DNA of 64,000 bases, from assembly GCA_029261055.1 (NCBI GenBank), contig JAJDCA010000026.1, positions 5,747 to 69,746 of the forward strand, in the 5' to 3' direction. Shown piece after piece: positions 9,843 through 19,665 of the stretch (the first letter of the stretch is position 1; the number at the start of each line of letters is the position of its first letter). The notes beneath the pieces were generated by a model. The model saw only the letters and a program-made list of their open reading frames with translations. It was not told the origin of the DNA and did no database searches. Source of the stretch: Candidatus Omnitrophota bacterium (lineage in GTDB: Bacteria; Omnitrophota; Gorgyraeia; Zapsychrales; Zapsychraceae). A program made the position numbers and the translations under genes.

Positions 9843-9918
9843 TTAGGGGCGTGATGAATCATGCCCGTACGGCGGGTGTGTTATTCGTAGGGGCATAATT
9901 TATTATGCCCATGGTTCA
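9843..9918. repeat. Pair of GTAG-headed GGGC...GCCC palindromic hairpins (GGGCGTGATGAATCATGCCC; GGGCATAATTTATTATGCCC) in the divergent ppiD-like/hisG intergenic region
   Basis: Inverted repeats read directly. The first copy is about 25/28 identical to a coding segment at 62476-62503. Confidence 0.5.
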
Positions 9919-10057
9919 TTTAAAAAAATTGGCAAAATGCTTGATTTAGTTTTATACTTTGTATTGGAAAGATAAAATATCTGCTTTACAAATATGCATG
10001 GGATGGATATAATGCCGCTCTTTGATAACCGCACGCATGTGCAAACAAGAGAATGCT

Positions 10058-10933
10058 ATGAAAAAACTCAAATTTGGTTTACCTAAGGGAAGTCTGCAGG
10101 ACGCGACAATTCGGGTGTTTAAGCGCGCGGGATTTAAGATTTATGTCTCAGGGCGGTCGTATTTTCCTACGATTGATGATGTGGAAATCGAACCGGTTCT
10201 TTTAAGAGCCCAGGAGATGTCCCGTTATGTAGAAGAAGGCGCTTTGGATTGTGGTATTACCGGTGCTGATTGGGTGCTGGAGAATCGTTCGAAAGTCGTT
10301 TCTTTGGCTGATTTGGTTTATGCCAAACAAACTTCAGTCAAAGTTCGGTGGGTTTTGGCGGTACCGGAAAAATCATCCATCAAATCGGTTAAAGATTTAA
10401 GCGGTAAAAAAATTGCAACCGAAGTCGTTAATGTGACACAGGAATATTTAAAGAAGAATAAGGTTAAGGCCGATGTGGAGTTCAGTTGGGGTGCTACAGA
10501 GGCAAAGGTGGCGGATGGCTTGGTCGATGCGATTGTGGAGCTGACCGAGACTGGAAGCAGCTTGCGGGCGCATAAGTTGCGTATCATTTCAACTATTTGT
10601 GAGTCCACAACGCAGTTTATCGCTAGCCGACAAGCTGTTAAAGATGCATGGAAAAAGCGCAAAATGGATCAAATTGCCATGCTTCTGAAGGGGGCCATTC
10701 AGGCCAATAATATGGTTGGGTTAAAGATGAATATAGAAGAGAAGAATCTTGATAAAGTTTTAGATCTATTGACGTCTCTGAAAGACCCCACAATATCAAA
10801 TTTGAGTCGTTCAAATTGGCTAGCTGTTGAGACCGTTATTGATGAAAGCATTGTGAGGACGCTTATCCCTAATTTAAAAAGTGCTGGTGCACAGGGGATT
10901 ATTGAGTATCCGTTGAATAAATTGATTTATTAA
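10058..10933 (+). CDS. hisG: ATP phosphoribosyltransferase, long form (catalytic plus C-terminal regulatory domain)
   Basis: [14 protein letters not shown] ... DCGITGADW ... and a C-terminal ACT-like domain. The start is probably ATG 10058 (the track begins at TTG 10022). Confidence 0.7.
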   Translation: MKKLKFGLPKGSLQDATIRVFKRAGFKIYVSGRSYFPTIDDVEIEPVLLRAQEMSRYVEEGALDCGITGADWVLENRSKVVSLADLVYAKQTSVKVRWVLAVPEKSSIKSVKDLSGKKIATEVVNVTQEYLKKNKVKADVEFSWGATEAKVADGLVDAIVELTETGSSLRAHKLRIISTICESTTQFIASRQAVKDAWKKRKMDQIAMLLKGAIQANNMVGLKMNIEEKNLDKVLDLLTSLKDPTISNLSRSNWLAVETVIDESIVRTLIPNLKSAGAQGIIEYPLNKLIY

Positions 10934-10966
10934 ACCGTTATTAATAGTAATAGGAAAAAGTAACAT

Positions 10967-11068
10967 ATGCCGTGTGGTAAAAAGAGAAAAAATCGAAAAA
11001 TTAGAACACATAAGCGTAAAAAATTAAGAAAATCTTTAAGACATCTTAAGAAACGCAAGACGCGATAA
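10967..11068 (+). CDS. Putative 33-aa highly basic peptide (MPCGKKRKNRKIRTHKRKKLRKSLRHLKKRKTR)
   Basis: An ATG is preceded by AGGAAAAAG; the small ORF lies between hisG and the TPR gene. It is below the ORF-track length cutoff. A ribosomal-protein-like or nucleic-acid-binding role is speculative. Confidence 0.3.
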   Translation: MPCGKKRKNRKIRTHKRKKLRKSLRHLKKRKTR

Positions 11069-11114
11069 GTGGGGGCGCAGGCCGTGCGCTCGTACATAAT
11101 AAAAAGGCAAAGCA

Positions 11115-12125
11115 ATGATATTAAGAAACATAAAAATTTCATTTTGTCTTGTTGTCCTCGTGGCCGGACTGCTCAATGCAGGCCGTGCAGAGGCCTTTTT
11201 CTATCAAAGTAATGTTTCGACTTCTAAAGCTTTAGCGCATTATTCTATGGGGCAGCGTTATGATTTTCTCGGCATGCCGGGAAAAGCAGCCCAAGAATAT
11301 AAATTGGCGATACAGTTTGATAAAGCCAGCTACATGACCCATTTAAGACTTGGGGTTGATTATGTGCGGCTGGGGATGCTTACCGAAGCTGTCGAAGAGT
11401 TTCAACTCGTTAAGAACTACAATCCTGAAGATCTGCAGTCACACTATTTTTTAGCACTCATCTATTCCTCCATAAAAGATTACGATAAAGCTGTCGCCGA
11501 GTATGAATACATTTTAAAAACATACACGAAGGTGGATCCGGAGAATATTGACGTATATGCTCAGCTGGGACAATTATATTATTTGCAGAAAAAATATGAT
11601 GAAGCTGTTCAGCAATACGAAAAGGTTCTTATGATGGATCCGAAAAATGTGGATGTTATGTATCTGGTCGGATCCATTTATTGGGAAGTCGGTCAGAAGC
11701 GCAAGGCTATTAATACGTTGGAGGGTGCTGTAGAGGAATCCCCCGAGCATGCCGGCAGTTTAAACACTCTGGGCTATTTTTATGCCGAAGTTAATGAACA
11801 GCTTGATAAAGCGGTGGATTTGATAATGCGCGCTCTTAAAATCAGCCCTGATAACGGAGGTTATCTCGATAGTTTAGGGTGGGTTTATTACAAAAAAGGT
11901 AGGTATAGTAAGGCATTGGAATTTCTTAAAAAAGCCGATGCGTTACTTAAGGATCCGGTGATTGCAGAGCATATTGGCGATGTTTATTACAAAATGGAAC
12001 GTATGGAAGAGGCTGCTGAATATTGGGGGCAATCTTTGGAACTTTTACCTAATCAGCAAGAAGTTATCGAAAAATTAAATTCTTTAAAGAAATTTCAAAC
12101 CAGTAAGGCCTTAAGCGAAAAATAG
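11115..12125 (+). CDS. Secreted tetratricopeptide-repeat (TPR) protein
   Basis: Signal peptide MILRNIKISFCLVVLVAGLLNAGRAEA, followed by multiple 34-aa TPR-like repeats (AxxYxLAL..Y.KAV..Y). Confidence 0.75.
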   Translation: MILRNIKISFCLVVLVAGLLNAGRAEAFFYQSNVSTSKALAHYSMGQRYDFLGMPGKAAQEYKLAIQFDKASYMTHLRLGVDYVRLGMLTEAVEEFQLVKNYNPEDLQSHYFLALIYSSIKDYDKAVAEYEYILKTYTKVDPENIDVYAQLGQLYYLQKKYDEAVQQYEKVLMMDPKNVDVMYLVGSIYWEVGQKRKAINTLEGAVEESPEHAGSLNTLGYFYAEVNEQLDKAVDLIMRALKISPDNGGYLDSLGWVYYKKGRYSKALEFLKKADALLKDPVIAEHIGDVYYKMERMEEAAEYWGQSLELLPNQQEVIEKLNSLKKFQTSKALSEK

Positions 12126-12161
12126 CTTCCTTAGTTCTTATGACACGTTAGACTGCCTGTA

Positions 12162-13043
12162 ATGCCGAAAATTTCTCTTCTATCACCTGCCAAACTCAAT
12201 CTTTATCTTAAAGTCCTTAATAAGCGACCCGATGGGTTTCATGATATTGTCACTTTATTTGAGCGTATTGATCTATGTGATGAAATATCCATAAGTTCAA
12301 ATACCCATAAAAATGGCGATATTCGTATTTATTGTGATCATCCCCAGGTGCCTTTAGGTCCTAAAAACTTGGTCCATCAGGCGACGCGTTTGATACAACA
12401 GTCTACCGGCATTCAAAAAGGGGTAGAAATTAAGATTAAAAAGCGTATTCCCGTTGCGGCGGGTTTAGCGGGAGGGTCCAGTAACGCGGCAACGGTTCTT
12501 TTGGGGCTTAATCAGATTTGGAAATTAGGGTTAAGCAGGCAAAAATTGGTGTCGTATGCCCAGAAGCTCGGGAGTGATGTTGCATTTTTCTTGTATGATG
12601 CTCCATTTGGTTTAGGCACAGGTCGAGGGGAGAAAATCAAGAAATTTAATGTTAAAACAGAATTATGGCATGTTGTGATTGTGCCGCGAATTAAGATGTA
12701 TTCATGGAAGGTTTACGGCGAGCTTTCACTAATAGGGCGCAGCAAATTGCAGTTGACAAAAATACACGATAATGTTAACATCCTGCTCCATTATTTGAAG
12801 CAAAATGATCTTTTTGCTTTGGCACGTATGGTAGACAATGATTTAGAACCTGTAGTGGTAGGTCTATGTCCGAAAATTCTAAAGTTACAAAAGCGACTAA
12901 AGTCATTGAATGCTAAAGGAGTTATGATATCTGGCAGTGGACCAAGCGTATTTGGCACCTTTGAAAACGAACAGGAAGCCAAGCAAGTTTGTTCCATCAT
13001 GCAACGGACTTATTCACAAGTATATGTTGTGAAAAATTCATAA
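12162..13043 (+). CDS. ispE: 4-diphosphocytidyl-2-C-methyl-D-erythritol kinase
   Basis: PAKLNLYLKV ... RPDGFH and the GHMP kinase motif PVAAGLAGGSSNAA. Confidence 0.85.
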   Translation: MPKISLLSPAKLNLYLKVLNKRPDGFHDIVTLFERIDLCDEISISSNTHKNGDIRIYCDHPQVPLGPKNLVHQATRLIQQSTGIQKGVEIKIKKRIPVAAGLAGGSSNAATVLLGLNQIWKLGLSRQKLVSYAQKLGSDVAFFLYDAPFGLGTGRGEKIKKFNVKTELWHVVIVPRIKMYSWKVYGELSLIGRSKLQLTKIHDNVNILLHYLKQNDLFALARMVDNDLEPVVVGLCPKILKLQKRLKSLNAKGVMISGSGPSVFGTFENEQEAKQVCSIMQRTYSQVYVVKNS

Positions 13044-13047
13044 ATTT

Positions 13048-13121
13048 TGCCCGGTAGTGTAATGGTAACACACGAGAATTTGGATCTCGTTTTCCAGGTT
13101 CGAGTCCTGGCTGGGCAGCCA
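13048..13121 (+). tRNA. tRNA-Gln (anticodon UUG)
   Basis: Cloverleaf folded by hand. Acceptor TGCCCGG/CTGGGCA with U1-A72, D-arm GTGT/ACAC, anticodon stem CGAGA/TCTCG with loop ATTTGGA, T-arm CCAGG-TTCGAGT-CCTGG, discriminator G and an encoded CCA. Confidence 0.85.
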
Positions 13122-13200
13122 ATTTTTAATTAAGAGATTGGCCAAAAAAATTATTCTGCCAATCTCCAAAGCGGGTTTAATTTTCCAAGGTAGTTTATTT

Positions 13201-14460
13201 ATGCAAGAACTGAATACTATAATTTTAGCGGCAGGAAAAGGGACCCGGATGAAATCTGACACGCCTAAGGTGCTTCATCAGGTGTGTGGTAAACCTATGT
13301 TGCAATATGTGTTGGATATCTCTAAATCTGTGGGATCTTTAAAGACATGTGTTGTTCTTGGACATAAATGTGATTCAGTGAAAGATTTTTTATCTAAAGA
13401 TTTTCTTACGGTTGAGCAGAAAAAGTTGTTGGGTACGGCTGATGCGGTGAAATGTACAGAAAAATATTTTAAGAATCATAAAGGTAATGTTTTAATTCTT
13501 TGCGGCGACACCCCTTTGTTGAACAAATCGGTTATTAAAAATATTGTCAAACGGCATAAAAAACGCGAAGCGGTTTGCACATTTTTAACAGCGGTTGTCC
13601 ATAATCCAGAAGGGTATGGCCGAATTATTCGTGATGAAAGTGGAAAAGTTGTCGCGATACGTGAAGATAACGATGCTGTCGGGCTTGAGCGGGATCTTGC
13701 TGAAATTAATGTTGGTGTATATTGTTTCAAAGCGCAGGAATTGTTTAAGGCCTTGAAAGAAATTAAAATTAATAAAAAGAAAAAAGAATTTTATCTTACG
13801 GATATTATTGAATTATTTTATGAAAAACAATTTAAGATAGAAACAATTGAGACTGAAAATCCTTCTGAGGGGTTAGGTATTAATACAAGAGAAGGTTTAG
13901 CTGAAGCCGAGGCTATCCTTCGTCGTAAAATATTGAAACGATTTATGTCCGATGGCGTAACGATTATGGATCCACAAACGGTTTATATTGACTCCGAGGT
14001 GAAAATTGGTCGAGACACGATTATTAAACCTTTTACGTTTATTGAAAAAAATGTGAAGGTTGGTGCACGTTGCTCGATAGGCCCATTTGCGCGGCTTCGT
14101 TCGGGTGCCAGAATAGAGGATGATGTAGAGATAGGTAATTTTACTGAAATATCCCGAACTAAAATAGGCAAACGCAGTATGATGAAACATTTTAGTTATC
14201 TGGGGGATGCTGACGTTGGAAGTGATGTTAATATTGGAGCAGGCGCCATTACTGCAAACTTTGACGGGGTGGAAAAGAATTTAACCAAAATATCAGATGG
14301 GGCTTTTATCGGCTGTGATTCCATTATGATCGCACCGGTAAAAATTGGAAAACAAGCGATTGTCGGTGCTGGAAGTGTTGTAAGTAAGAAAAAAAATGTT
14401 CCGGATTACAGCGTTGCTGTTGGAGCTCCGGCGAGAATCATATCAAAAAGGAAGGCTTAG
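13201..14460 (+). CDS. glmU: Bifunctional UDP-N-acetylglucosamine pyrophosphorylase / glucosamine-1-phosphate N-acetyltransferase
   Basis: N-terminal LAAGKGTRMKSDTPKVLH; C-terminal left-handed beta-helix hexapeptide repeats. ATG 13201 is preferred over the track start 13138. Confidence 0.85.
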   Translation: MQELNTIILAAGKGTRMKSDTPKVLHQVCGKPMLQYVLDISKSVGSLKTCVVLGHKCDSVKDFLSKDFLTVEQKKLLGTADAVKCTEKYFKNHKGNVLILCGDTPLLNKSVIKNIVKRHKKREAVCTFLTAVVHNPEGYGRIIRDESGKVVAIREDNDAVGLERDLAEINVGVYCFKAQELFKALKEIKINKKKKEFYLTDIIELFYEKQFKIETIETENPSEGLGINTREGLAEAEAILRRKILKRFMSDGVTIMDPQTVYIDSEVKIGRDTIIKPFTFIEKNVKVGARCSIGPFARLRSGARIEDDVEIGNFTEISRTKIGKRSMMKHFSYLGDADVGSDVNIGAGAITANFDGVEKNLTKISDGAFIGCDSIMIAPVKIGKQAIVGAGSVVSKKKNVPDYSVAVGAPARIISKRKA

Positions 14461-14463
14461 AAT

Positions 14464-15414
14464 ATGAAGGGTTTAGCTGTACTTACAGGAAATGCACATC
14501 CGCATTTAGCAAAAGATATTTGTTCAGTTTTGGGTATTCCGTTGATAGATGTTTTAGCTTCGCGATTTAGTGAAGGTGAAATTCGTGTTGAGATTAAAGA
14601 AAATATTCGCGGAAAAGATGTTTTTATTATTCAGCCTACCTGCCCCCCCACTAATGATAATTTGATGGAATTGCTGATTTTGATTGATGCTGCGCGGCGT
14701 GCTTCAGCTCAAAGGATTACGGCGGTTGTTCCGTATTATGGGTATGCTCGTCAGGATCGTAAAGATCAACCACGCGTGCCGATTACGGCAAAATTGGTAG
14801 CTAATTTGATTGTGGCGGCCGGCGCTCAAAGAGTACTCACCATGGATTTACATGCGAATCAGATTCAGGGGTTTTTTGATATTCCTGTGGATCATTTGTA
14901 CGGCATTAATCCTCTTTGTGAATATTTTAATAATAAAAAATTAGAAAATTTAGTTGTTGTGTCACCGGATGTCGGTGGAATTAAAATGGCCCGAGCTTAT
15001 GCCGGTCGGTTGGGGGCTGGGTTGGCCATTGTTGATAAGCGTCGCGATAATCCTGAGGAAACCGAAGTGATGCATATTCTTGGGGAAGTAGAAGGTAAAA
15101 ATGCTATTCTCGTTGATGATATTGTGGCCACAGCGGGATCTTTAATTAATGCTGTTGGAGCGTTAAAAGAAAAAGGCGTAAAAGATGTTTATGCTGCGAT
15201 TAGCCATGGTATTCTTTCGGGCAGTGCTATCAATCGTTTAAAAAAATGTCCTGCGCTTAAAGAATTGGTTATTACGGATAGCATCCCTTTAGAGGATTCG
15301 AAAAAGATTTCTAATATAAAGGTGGTAACAACGGCTAATTTATTGGCGGAAGCTATTCAACGTATTCATGATGAAGAGTCAATAAGTTGTTTATTTGATA
15401 AAGTAAAAGCGTAA
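14464..15414 (+). CDS. prs: Ribose-phosphate pyrophosphokinase
   Basis: Contains the PRPP-binding VDDIVATAGS and NLIVAAGA; conserved position after glmU. Confidence 0.9.
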   Translation: MKGLAVLTGNAHPHLAKDICSVLGIPLIDVLASRFSEGEIRVEIKENIRGKDVFIIQPTCPPTNDNLMELLILIDAARRASAQRITAVVPYYGYARQDRKDQPRVPITAKLVANLIVAAGAQRVLTMDLHANQIQGFFDIPVDHLYGINPLCEYFNNKKLENLVVVSPDVGGIKMARAYAGRLGAGLAIVDKRRDNPEETEVMHILGEVEGKNAILVDDIVATAGSLINAVGALKEKGVKDVYAAISHGILSGSAINRLKKCPALKELVITDSIPLEDSKKISNIKVVTTANLLAEAIQRIHDEESISCLFDKVKA

Positions 15415-15440
15415 CTACAATTAATGGGAGTTTATGAAAA

Positions 15441-16136
15441 ATGGAAGAGATAAAATTAGATGTTCAGATTAGAAATCAAATTGGAAGGCGAAAAGTAAAA
15501 GTTGTTCGTCAAGAAAATTTTATACCGGCTATTGTGTACGGCGGAGAAAGAAAAGAGCCGACTGCGATTAAGGTTGACCGGAGATCTTATGAGAAAATCA
15601 TGCGTGTTCATAAGGGGGAAAGCGTTGTTTTTCATCTTAGTGTGATGGAGAATGATAAAAAATTAAGGGATTATGCTGCAATTGTTAAAGAAGAACAGCA
15701 TCATCCTGTGAGCGAGTCCTTATTGCATATTGATTTTAACCGTATTTCTTTGACGAAAGAAATTGAGGTGAAGGTTCCAGTTATTCCACGAGGAGAAGCT
15801 ATTGGGGTTAAGAAAGATGGCGGTTCGTTAGATTCTCCGTTACGAGAATTAGATATTGTATGTTTGCCGACAAATATTCCAGCTAATATAGAGATTGATA
15901 TTAGTGCTTTAAATATCGGCGATGTGATTCATGTTAAAGATATTGTTTTGCCTGAAAATGTTAAGACAAATCATGATCCTGAGTCTATTGTGGTTTCTGT
16001 GGTTCCTTCTATGAAAGAGGAAGCTGCCGAACCTGTCGGTGAGGTTGGTCCAGAGGAGCCTGAAGTTATAAAAGAGAAGAAAGAAAAAGAAGTGACAGCA
16101 GAAAAAGAATCAGGAAAGAATGCAGAGGAGAAATAA
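15441..16136 (+). CDS. rplY: 50S ribosomal protein L25 / general stress protein Ctc
   Basis: RGKGGARRLR-like N-terminus (GRRKVKVVRQENFIPAIVYGG) and an acidic/K-rich C-terminal tail; prs-ctc-pth order. Confidence 0.8.
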   Translation: MEEIKLDVQIRNQIGRRKVKVVRQENFIPAIVYGGERKEPTAIKVDRRSYEKIMRVHKGESVVFHLSVMENDKKLRDYAAIVKEEQHHPVSESLLHIDFNRISLTKEIEVKVPVIPRGEAIGVKKDGGSLDSPLRELDIVCLPTNIPANIEIDISALNIGDVIHVKDIVLPENVKTNHDPESIVVSVVPSMKEEAAEPVGEVGPEEPEVIKEKKEKEVTAEKESGKNAEEK

Positions 16137-16728
16137 ATTAATTGTTGGACTTGGGAATCCTGGAAAAGATTATGAGTATACAAGGCATAATCTTGGGTTT
16201 TTAGTTGTACGGCAATTAGCAGATCGCATTAATGCTTCCTTTCGATTGAGTTCTTTCACAAATGGTTTGGTGGCAGAAGGCCAAGCTAAATATAGAAATT
16301 TAAATTTATTATTGCCGCTGACGTATATGAATAATTCCGGCGTGGCTGTTAAATCTGTTATAGCTAAAAAGCAATTGGCTATTGAAAATATTTTGGTTGT
16401 ATGTGATGATTTAAATTTAAATTTTGGTCAATTACGTTTAAAGCAAAAAGGACGTGATGGAGGTCACAATGGTTTGAAGTCTATCATGCGTCATCTCGAT
16501 TCAAACCAATTTGCGCGATTGCGGATGGGAATTATTGGAGATACGAATTGTGGCACAGCGCAGGCAGTTAAAAATCGAGATACGACGGACTTTGTTTTAG
16601 GGGAATTCACAAAACAGGAAAGTAAGCAGTTAGAAAACTTTATTAGCAGGGCTGTAGATTGTTGTCTTGTATGGCAGCAAGAAGGTACTACGAAAGCCAT
16701 GTCAGAATTTAATGGTAAGGGAACTTAA
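16120..16728 (+). CDS. pth: Peptidyl-tRNA hydrolase
   Basis: LIVGLGNPGKDYEYTRHNLGF ... HNGLKS. Confidence 0.85.
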   Translation: MQRRNKLIVGLGNPGKDYEYTRHNLGFLVVRQLADRINASFRLSSFTNGLVAEGQAKYRNLNLLLPLTYMNNSGVAVKSVIAKKQLAIENILVVCDDLNLNFGQLRLKQKGRDGGHNGLKSIMRHLDSNQFARLRMGIIGDTNCGTAQAVKNRDTTDFVLGEFTKQESKQLENFISRAVDCCLVWQQEGTTKAMSEFNGKGT

Positions 16729-16742
16729 TCAAAGGAAAGAAA

Positions 16743-17048
16743 ATGGAAAACACACTAATACTTAGAAAATATGAATTGATGTTTATTGTTGATGCACAAT
16801 TAACAAATGAGGACAAGGAAGATGTTCGTAAAGTTGTCGTCGAAATTATAAAAAAAGGAGGTGGTAAGGTCATTAATAGTCAGGTATGGCAGGAAAAGCA
16901 TAAATTTACTTTTCCAATTAAAAAGCTCAATGAAGGAGCTTATTTTATTATTAATTTTGAAGGAGAAGGTGATTGTATTGAAAAAATACAGCCAATATTG
17001 AAACTTAACGAAAAGGTTCTTCGGTTTATGACTAAGAAGGTTGATTAA
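16743..17048 (+). CDS. rpsF: 30S ribosomal protein S6
   Basis: YELMFIVDAQL ... and rpsF-ssb-rpsR synteny. Confidence 0.8.
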   Translation: MENTLILRKYELMFIVDAQLTNEDKEDVRKVVVEIIKKGGGKVINSQVWQEKHKFTFPIKKLNEGAYFIINFEGEGDCIEKIQPILKLNEKVLRFMTKKVD

Positions 17049-17091
17049 CACGAAAGAATGGTTATGGAATTTAGTTTATAAGGAGGAGTAA

Positions 17092-17538
17092 ATGGCGAAT
17101 TTAAATAAGGTATTTTTAATCGGAAATTTAACTCGAGACCCGGAATTACGATATACTCCGGGTGGAACAGCTGTGGCAAATTTGGGCTTGGCTGTTAATA
17201 GAAAATTTAAAGATAGTACGGGTGAATTGAAAGAAGAGGTTTGTTTTTTAACTGTTACAGTTTGGGATAAGCAGGCTGAGGCTTGTTGCCAATATTTAGT
17301 GAAAGGGCGACCTGTTTTTGTTGAAGGTGTTCTTCAATCAAGATTTTGGGAGACATCTGATGGTCAAAAGCGTAGTGCTATTGATGTACGGGCTGAACGC
17401 GTTCAGTTTTTAGGAAGCTATGGTGGGGGTAAAGAAAAAGATACAGAGAAAACAGAGAAAGCAACGGGAGAAACTGTTGCTGCTGGATCTAATCAAAGCG
17501 AAACCATTAAACCTGAAGATGTTGTTTGGGATGAGTAA
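17092..17538 (+). CDS. ssb: Single-stranded DNA-binding protein
   Basis: MANLNKVFLIGNLTRDPELRYTPGGTAVANLGLAVN, an OB fold and a Gly-rich tail. Confidence 0.9.
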   Translation: MANLNKVFLIGNLTRDPELRYTPGGTAVANLGLAVNRKFKDSTGELKEEVCFLTVTVWDKQAEACCQYLVKGRPVFVEGVLQSRFWETSDGQKRSAIDVRAERVQFLGSYGGGKEKDTEKTEKATGETVAAGSNQSETIKPEDVVWDE

Positions 17539-17544
17539 AACATA

Positions 17545-17566
17545 GAGACGCCATTTATGGCGTCTC
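17545..17566. repeat. REP palindrome GAGACGCCATTTATGGCGTCTC between ssb and rpsR
   Basis: Identical 22-mer to 7364-7385. Confidence 0.8.
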
Positions 17567-17603
17567 ATTTAAAGTTAATTAAAAAGAGAGGAGGATAGTT
17601 ATT

Positions 17604-17864
17604 TTGATGAATAAAAGTTTTAAAAAAAACAAAACAAAAAGAAGAACTAATCGGCTAAGAAATACACTTAAATATCAAATGCCAAAAGATGCCGATATTG
17701 ATTATAAGAATGTAAACTTGATACAAAAATATTTAACGGATCGTGGAAAGATTGTCCCACGACGAATTTCCGGTGTCACAGCTAAGGAACAAAGACAACT
17801 AGCTGATGCCATAAAGCGTGCACGGTTTTTGGCTTTATTACCGGTTGGAGGAGTTAGAAAATAA
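17604..17864 (+). CDS. rpsR: 30S ribosomal protein S18
   Basis: ...[43 protein letters not shown]; the start may be the ATG three nt downstream of the TTG. Confidence 0.85.
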   Translation: MMNKSFKKNKTKRRTNRLRNTLKYQMPKDADIDYKNVNLIQKYLTDRGKIVPRRISGVTAKEQRQLADAIKRARFLALLPVGGVRK

Positions 17865-18307
17865 TGGAAGTAATATTATCTCAAGATGTACAAGATGTTG
17901 GAAAAGTTGGTGAGGTTATTAAAGTTAAAGATGGTTATGCTCGAAATTTTCTTATACCTCGGAAGTTAGCTTTTTTTGCAACAAAGGGGAATTTAAAAAG
18001 GGTTGAATCTCAAGAGAAGAAACGAAAAACCCAATTTGAGCAAGAGAAAAAGAAGGCTGAAGATTTAGCACAAAAGCTAAGTAAGGTTTCTTGTACGGTC
18101 AATGTAGAGGTCAATGATCTGAATAAGTTGTATGGTGCTATTAGTGAGCCAGACATTGCGAAGGCTTTGGAAGTCGAAGGTTTTACCATTGATCGAAAAG
18201 ATATCATCATCGAAAAGCCTATTGAAGAATTAGGTATTTTTGAGGTGGGTGTTAAACTTCATTCTGAAGTAACCGCGAAAATACGTTTATGGGTCACCAA
18301 AAAATAA
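17864..18307 (+). CDS. rplI: 50S ribosomal protein L9
   Basis: [32 protein letters not shown]. Confidence 0.9.
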   Translation: MEVILSQDVQDVGKVGEVIKVKDGYARNFLIPRKLAFFATKGNLKRVESQEKKRKTQFEQEKKKAEDLAQKLSKVSCTVNVEVNDLNKLYGAISEPDIAKALEVEGFTIDRKDIIIEKPIEELGIFEVGVKLHSEVTAKIRLWVTKK

Positions 18308-19620
18308 AAGTCCCCCCCCAGAACATTGACGCAGAGAAATCTGTTTTAGGCGCCATGCTTATTGATGAGGACGCCATTGGCTTTGCTGTTGAAATTCTAA
18401 ATGAAGCGTGGTTTTATGAGCACTCCCACCGTACTATTTTTCGGGCGATAACTGATCTTTATCAGGGCCGAAAAAATGTCGATCTCATTACACTTTCCGA
18501 TCAATTAAAAAACGATGGGCTTCTTGAGCAGATTGGAGGTTCAACGTACCTTTCCGAACTTATTGATTTTGTTCCTACGGCAGCCAATGTCGAGCATTAT
18601 GCGCGCATAGTCAAAGAAAAGGGTATTTTGCGGAAGCTTATTCAAAATGCTACGTCTATCGTTACAGAAAGCTATGATGTTAAAACCACTATCGAAGATG
18701 TTGTAGATAACGCAGAACGTCTTATTTTTGAGATTGCTGATTTAAAACAAAGCCAAAAGTCTGTTCATATCAAAGACCTTGTGAAGGAAGGGATTGAAAC
18801 GATTGATAAATTGTATCAACGTAAGGAGCATCTTACGGGCATTGAAACTAAGTTTTCTAAACTTGATCAAATGACTTCAGGATTACAAAAGTCAGATTTG
18901 ATTATTCTTGCCGCCCGTCCATCTATGGGGAAAACGGCATTGGCCATTTCTATTGCTGAAAATGTGAGTGTTGGGAACGATGTCGGCGTTGCTGTTTTTA
19001 GTCTTGAGATGTCAAAAGAACAGTTGGTTCAGCGTATGTTGTGTTCACAGGCTCGTGTTGATGCCCATAAAGTACGGTCTGGTTTTTTGTCGCCTGCAGA
19101 TTGGCCAAAATTGACAGCGGCCGCCGGAAAGCTTTCATCATCAAAAATATTTATTGACGATACGCCTGCCATTACTGTATTGGAGTTACGCGCAAAAGCG
19201 AGGAGATTAAAGGCGCAAAATGATATTCAACTTATTATTTTGGACTATATTCAGCTTATGCGCAGTGTCCATAAGACAGATAATCGTCAGCAGGAAATTT
19301 CTGAAATTTCACGTTCTTTAAAAGCTTTGGCCCGTGAGTTAAGTATTCCTATGGTTGTTTTAAGTCAGTTGTCCAGGGCCGTTGAATCCAGGCAAGATAA
19401 AAGACCTCAACTTTCTGACTTGCGTGAATCTGGTGCTATTGAGCAGGATGCCGATGTTGTTGTATTGCTTATGCGTGAAGAATATTACAATCCGACGGAA
19501 GAGAACGCTGGGGTTACCGATTTGATTATTGCGAAACAGCGAAATGGCCCGGTTGGAACTGTAAAGCTTTCATTTGTAAAGGAATACATGCGCTTTGAAA
19601 ATCTTGCACATGTTGATTGA
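18289..19620 (+). CDS. dnaB: Replicative DNA helicase
   Basis: PPQNIDAEKSVLGAML N-terminal domain; Walker A GARPSMGKTA; RecA-like C-terminal domain. Confidence 0.9.
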   Translation: MGHQKIKVPPQNIDAEKSVLGAMLIDEDAIGFAVEILNEAWFYEHSHRTIFRAITDLYQGRKNVDLITLSDQLKNDGLLEQIGGSTYLSELIDFVPTAANVEHYARIVKEKGILRKLIQNATSIVTESYDVKTTIEDVVDNAERLIFEIADLKQSQKSVHIKDLVKEGIETIDKLYQRKEHLTGIETKFSKLDQMTSGLQKSDLIILAARPSMGKTALAISIAENVSVGNDVGVAVFSLEMSKEQLVQRMLCSQARVDAHKVRSGFLSPADWPKLTAAAGKLSSSKIFIDDTPAITVLELRAKARRLKAQNDIQLIILDYIQLMRSVHKTDNRQQEISEISRSLKALARELSIPMVVLSQLSRAVESRQDKRPQLSDLRESGAIEQDADVVVLLMREEYYNPTEENAGVTDLIIAKQRNGPVGTVKLSFVKEYMRFENLAHVD

Positions 19621-19645
19621 CAGGCAAGAATAATAATTCTATAAT
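19617..19645 (+). promoter_or_regulatory. Consensus sigma70-type promoter TTGACA-N17-TATAAT upstream of bamA
   Basis: TTGACA at 19617-19622 and TATAAT at 19640-19645, with an exact 17-nt spacer. Confidence 0.55.
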
Positions 19646-19665
19646 CAATCCGAAAAAAACATTGA

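Noticed and set aside
13048-13200. Genomic island integrated at the 3' end of tRNA-Gln
   Set aside because: The tRNA is followed directly by the conserved glmU-prs-ctc-pth block. There is no integrase and no direct repeat of the tRNA 3' end.
13038-13262. 74-aa minus-strand ORF overlapping tRNA-Gln and the glmU start
   Set aside because: It overlaps a well-folded tRNA on the opposite strand and so is spurious.
18312-18319. C8 homopolymer at the rplI/dnaB junction as a possible phase-variation tract
   Set aside because: It lies in codons 8-10 (VPPQ) of the essential helicase; slippage there would be lethal. It more likely just encodes Pro-Pro.
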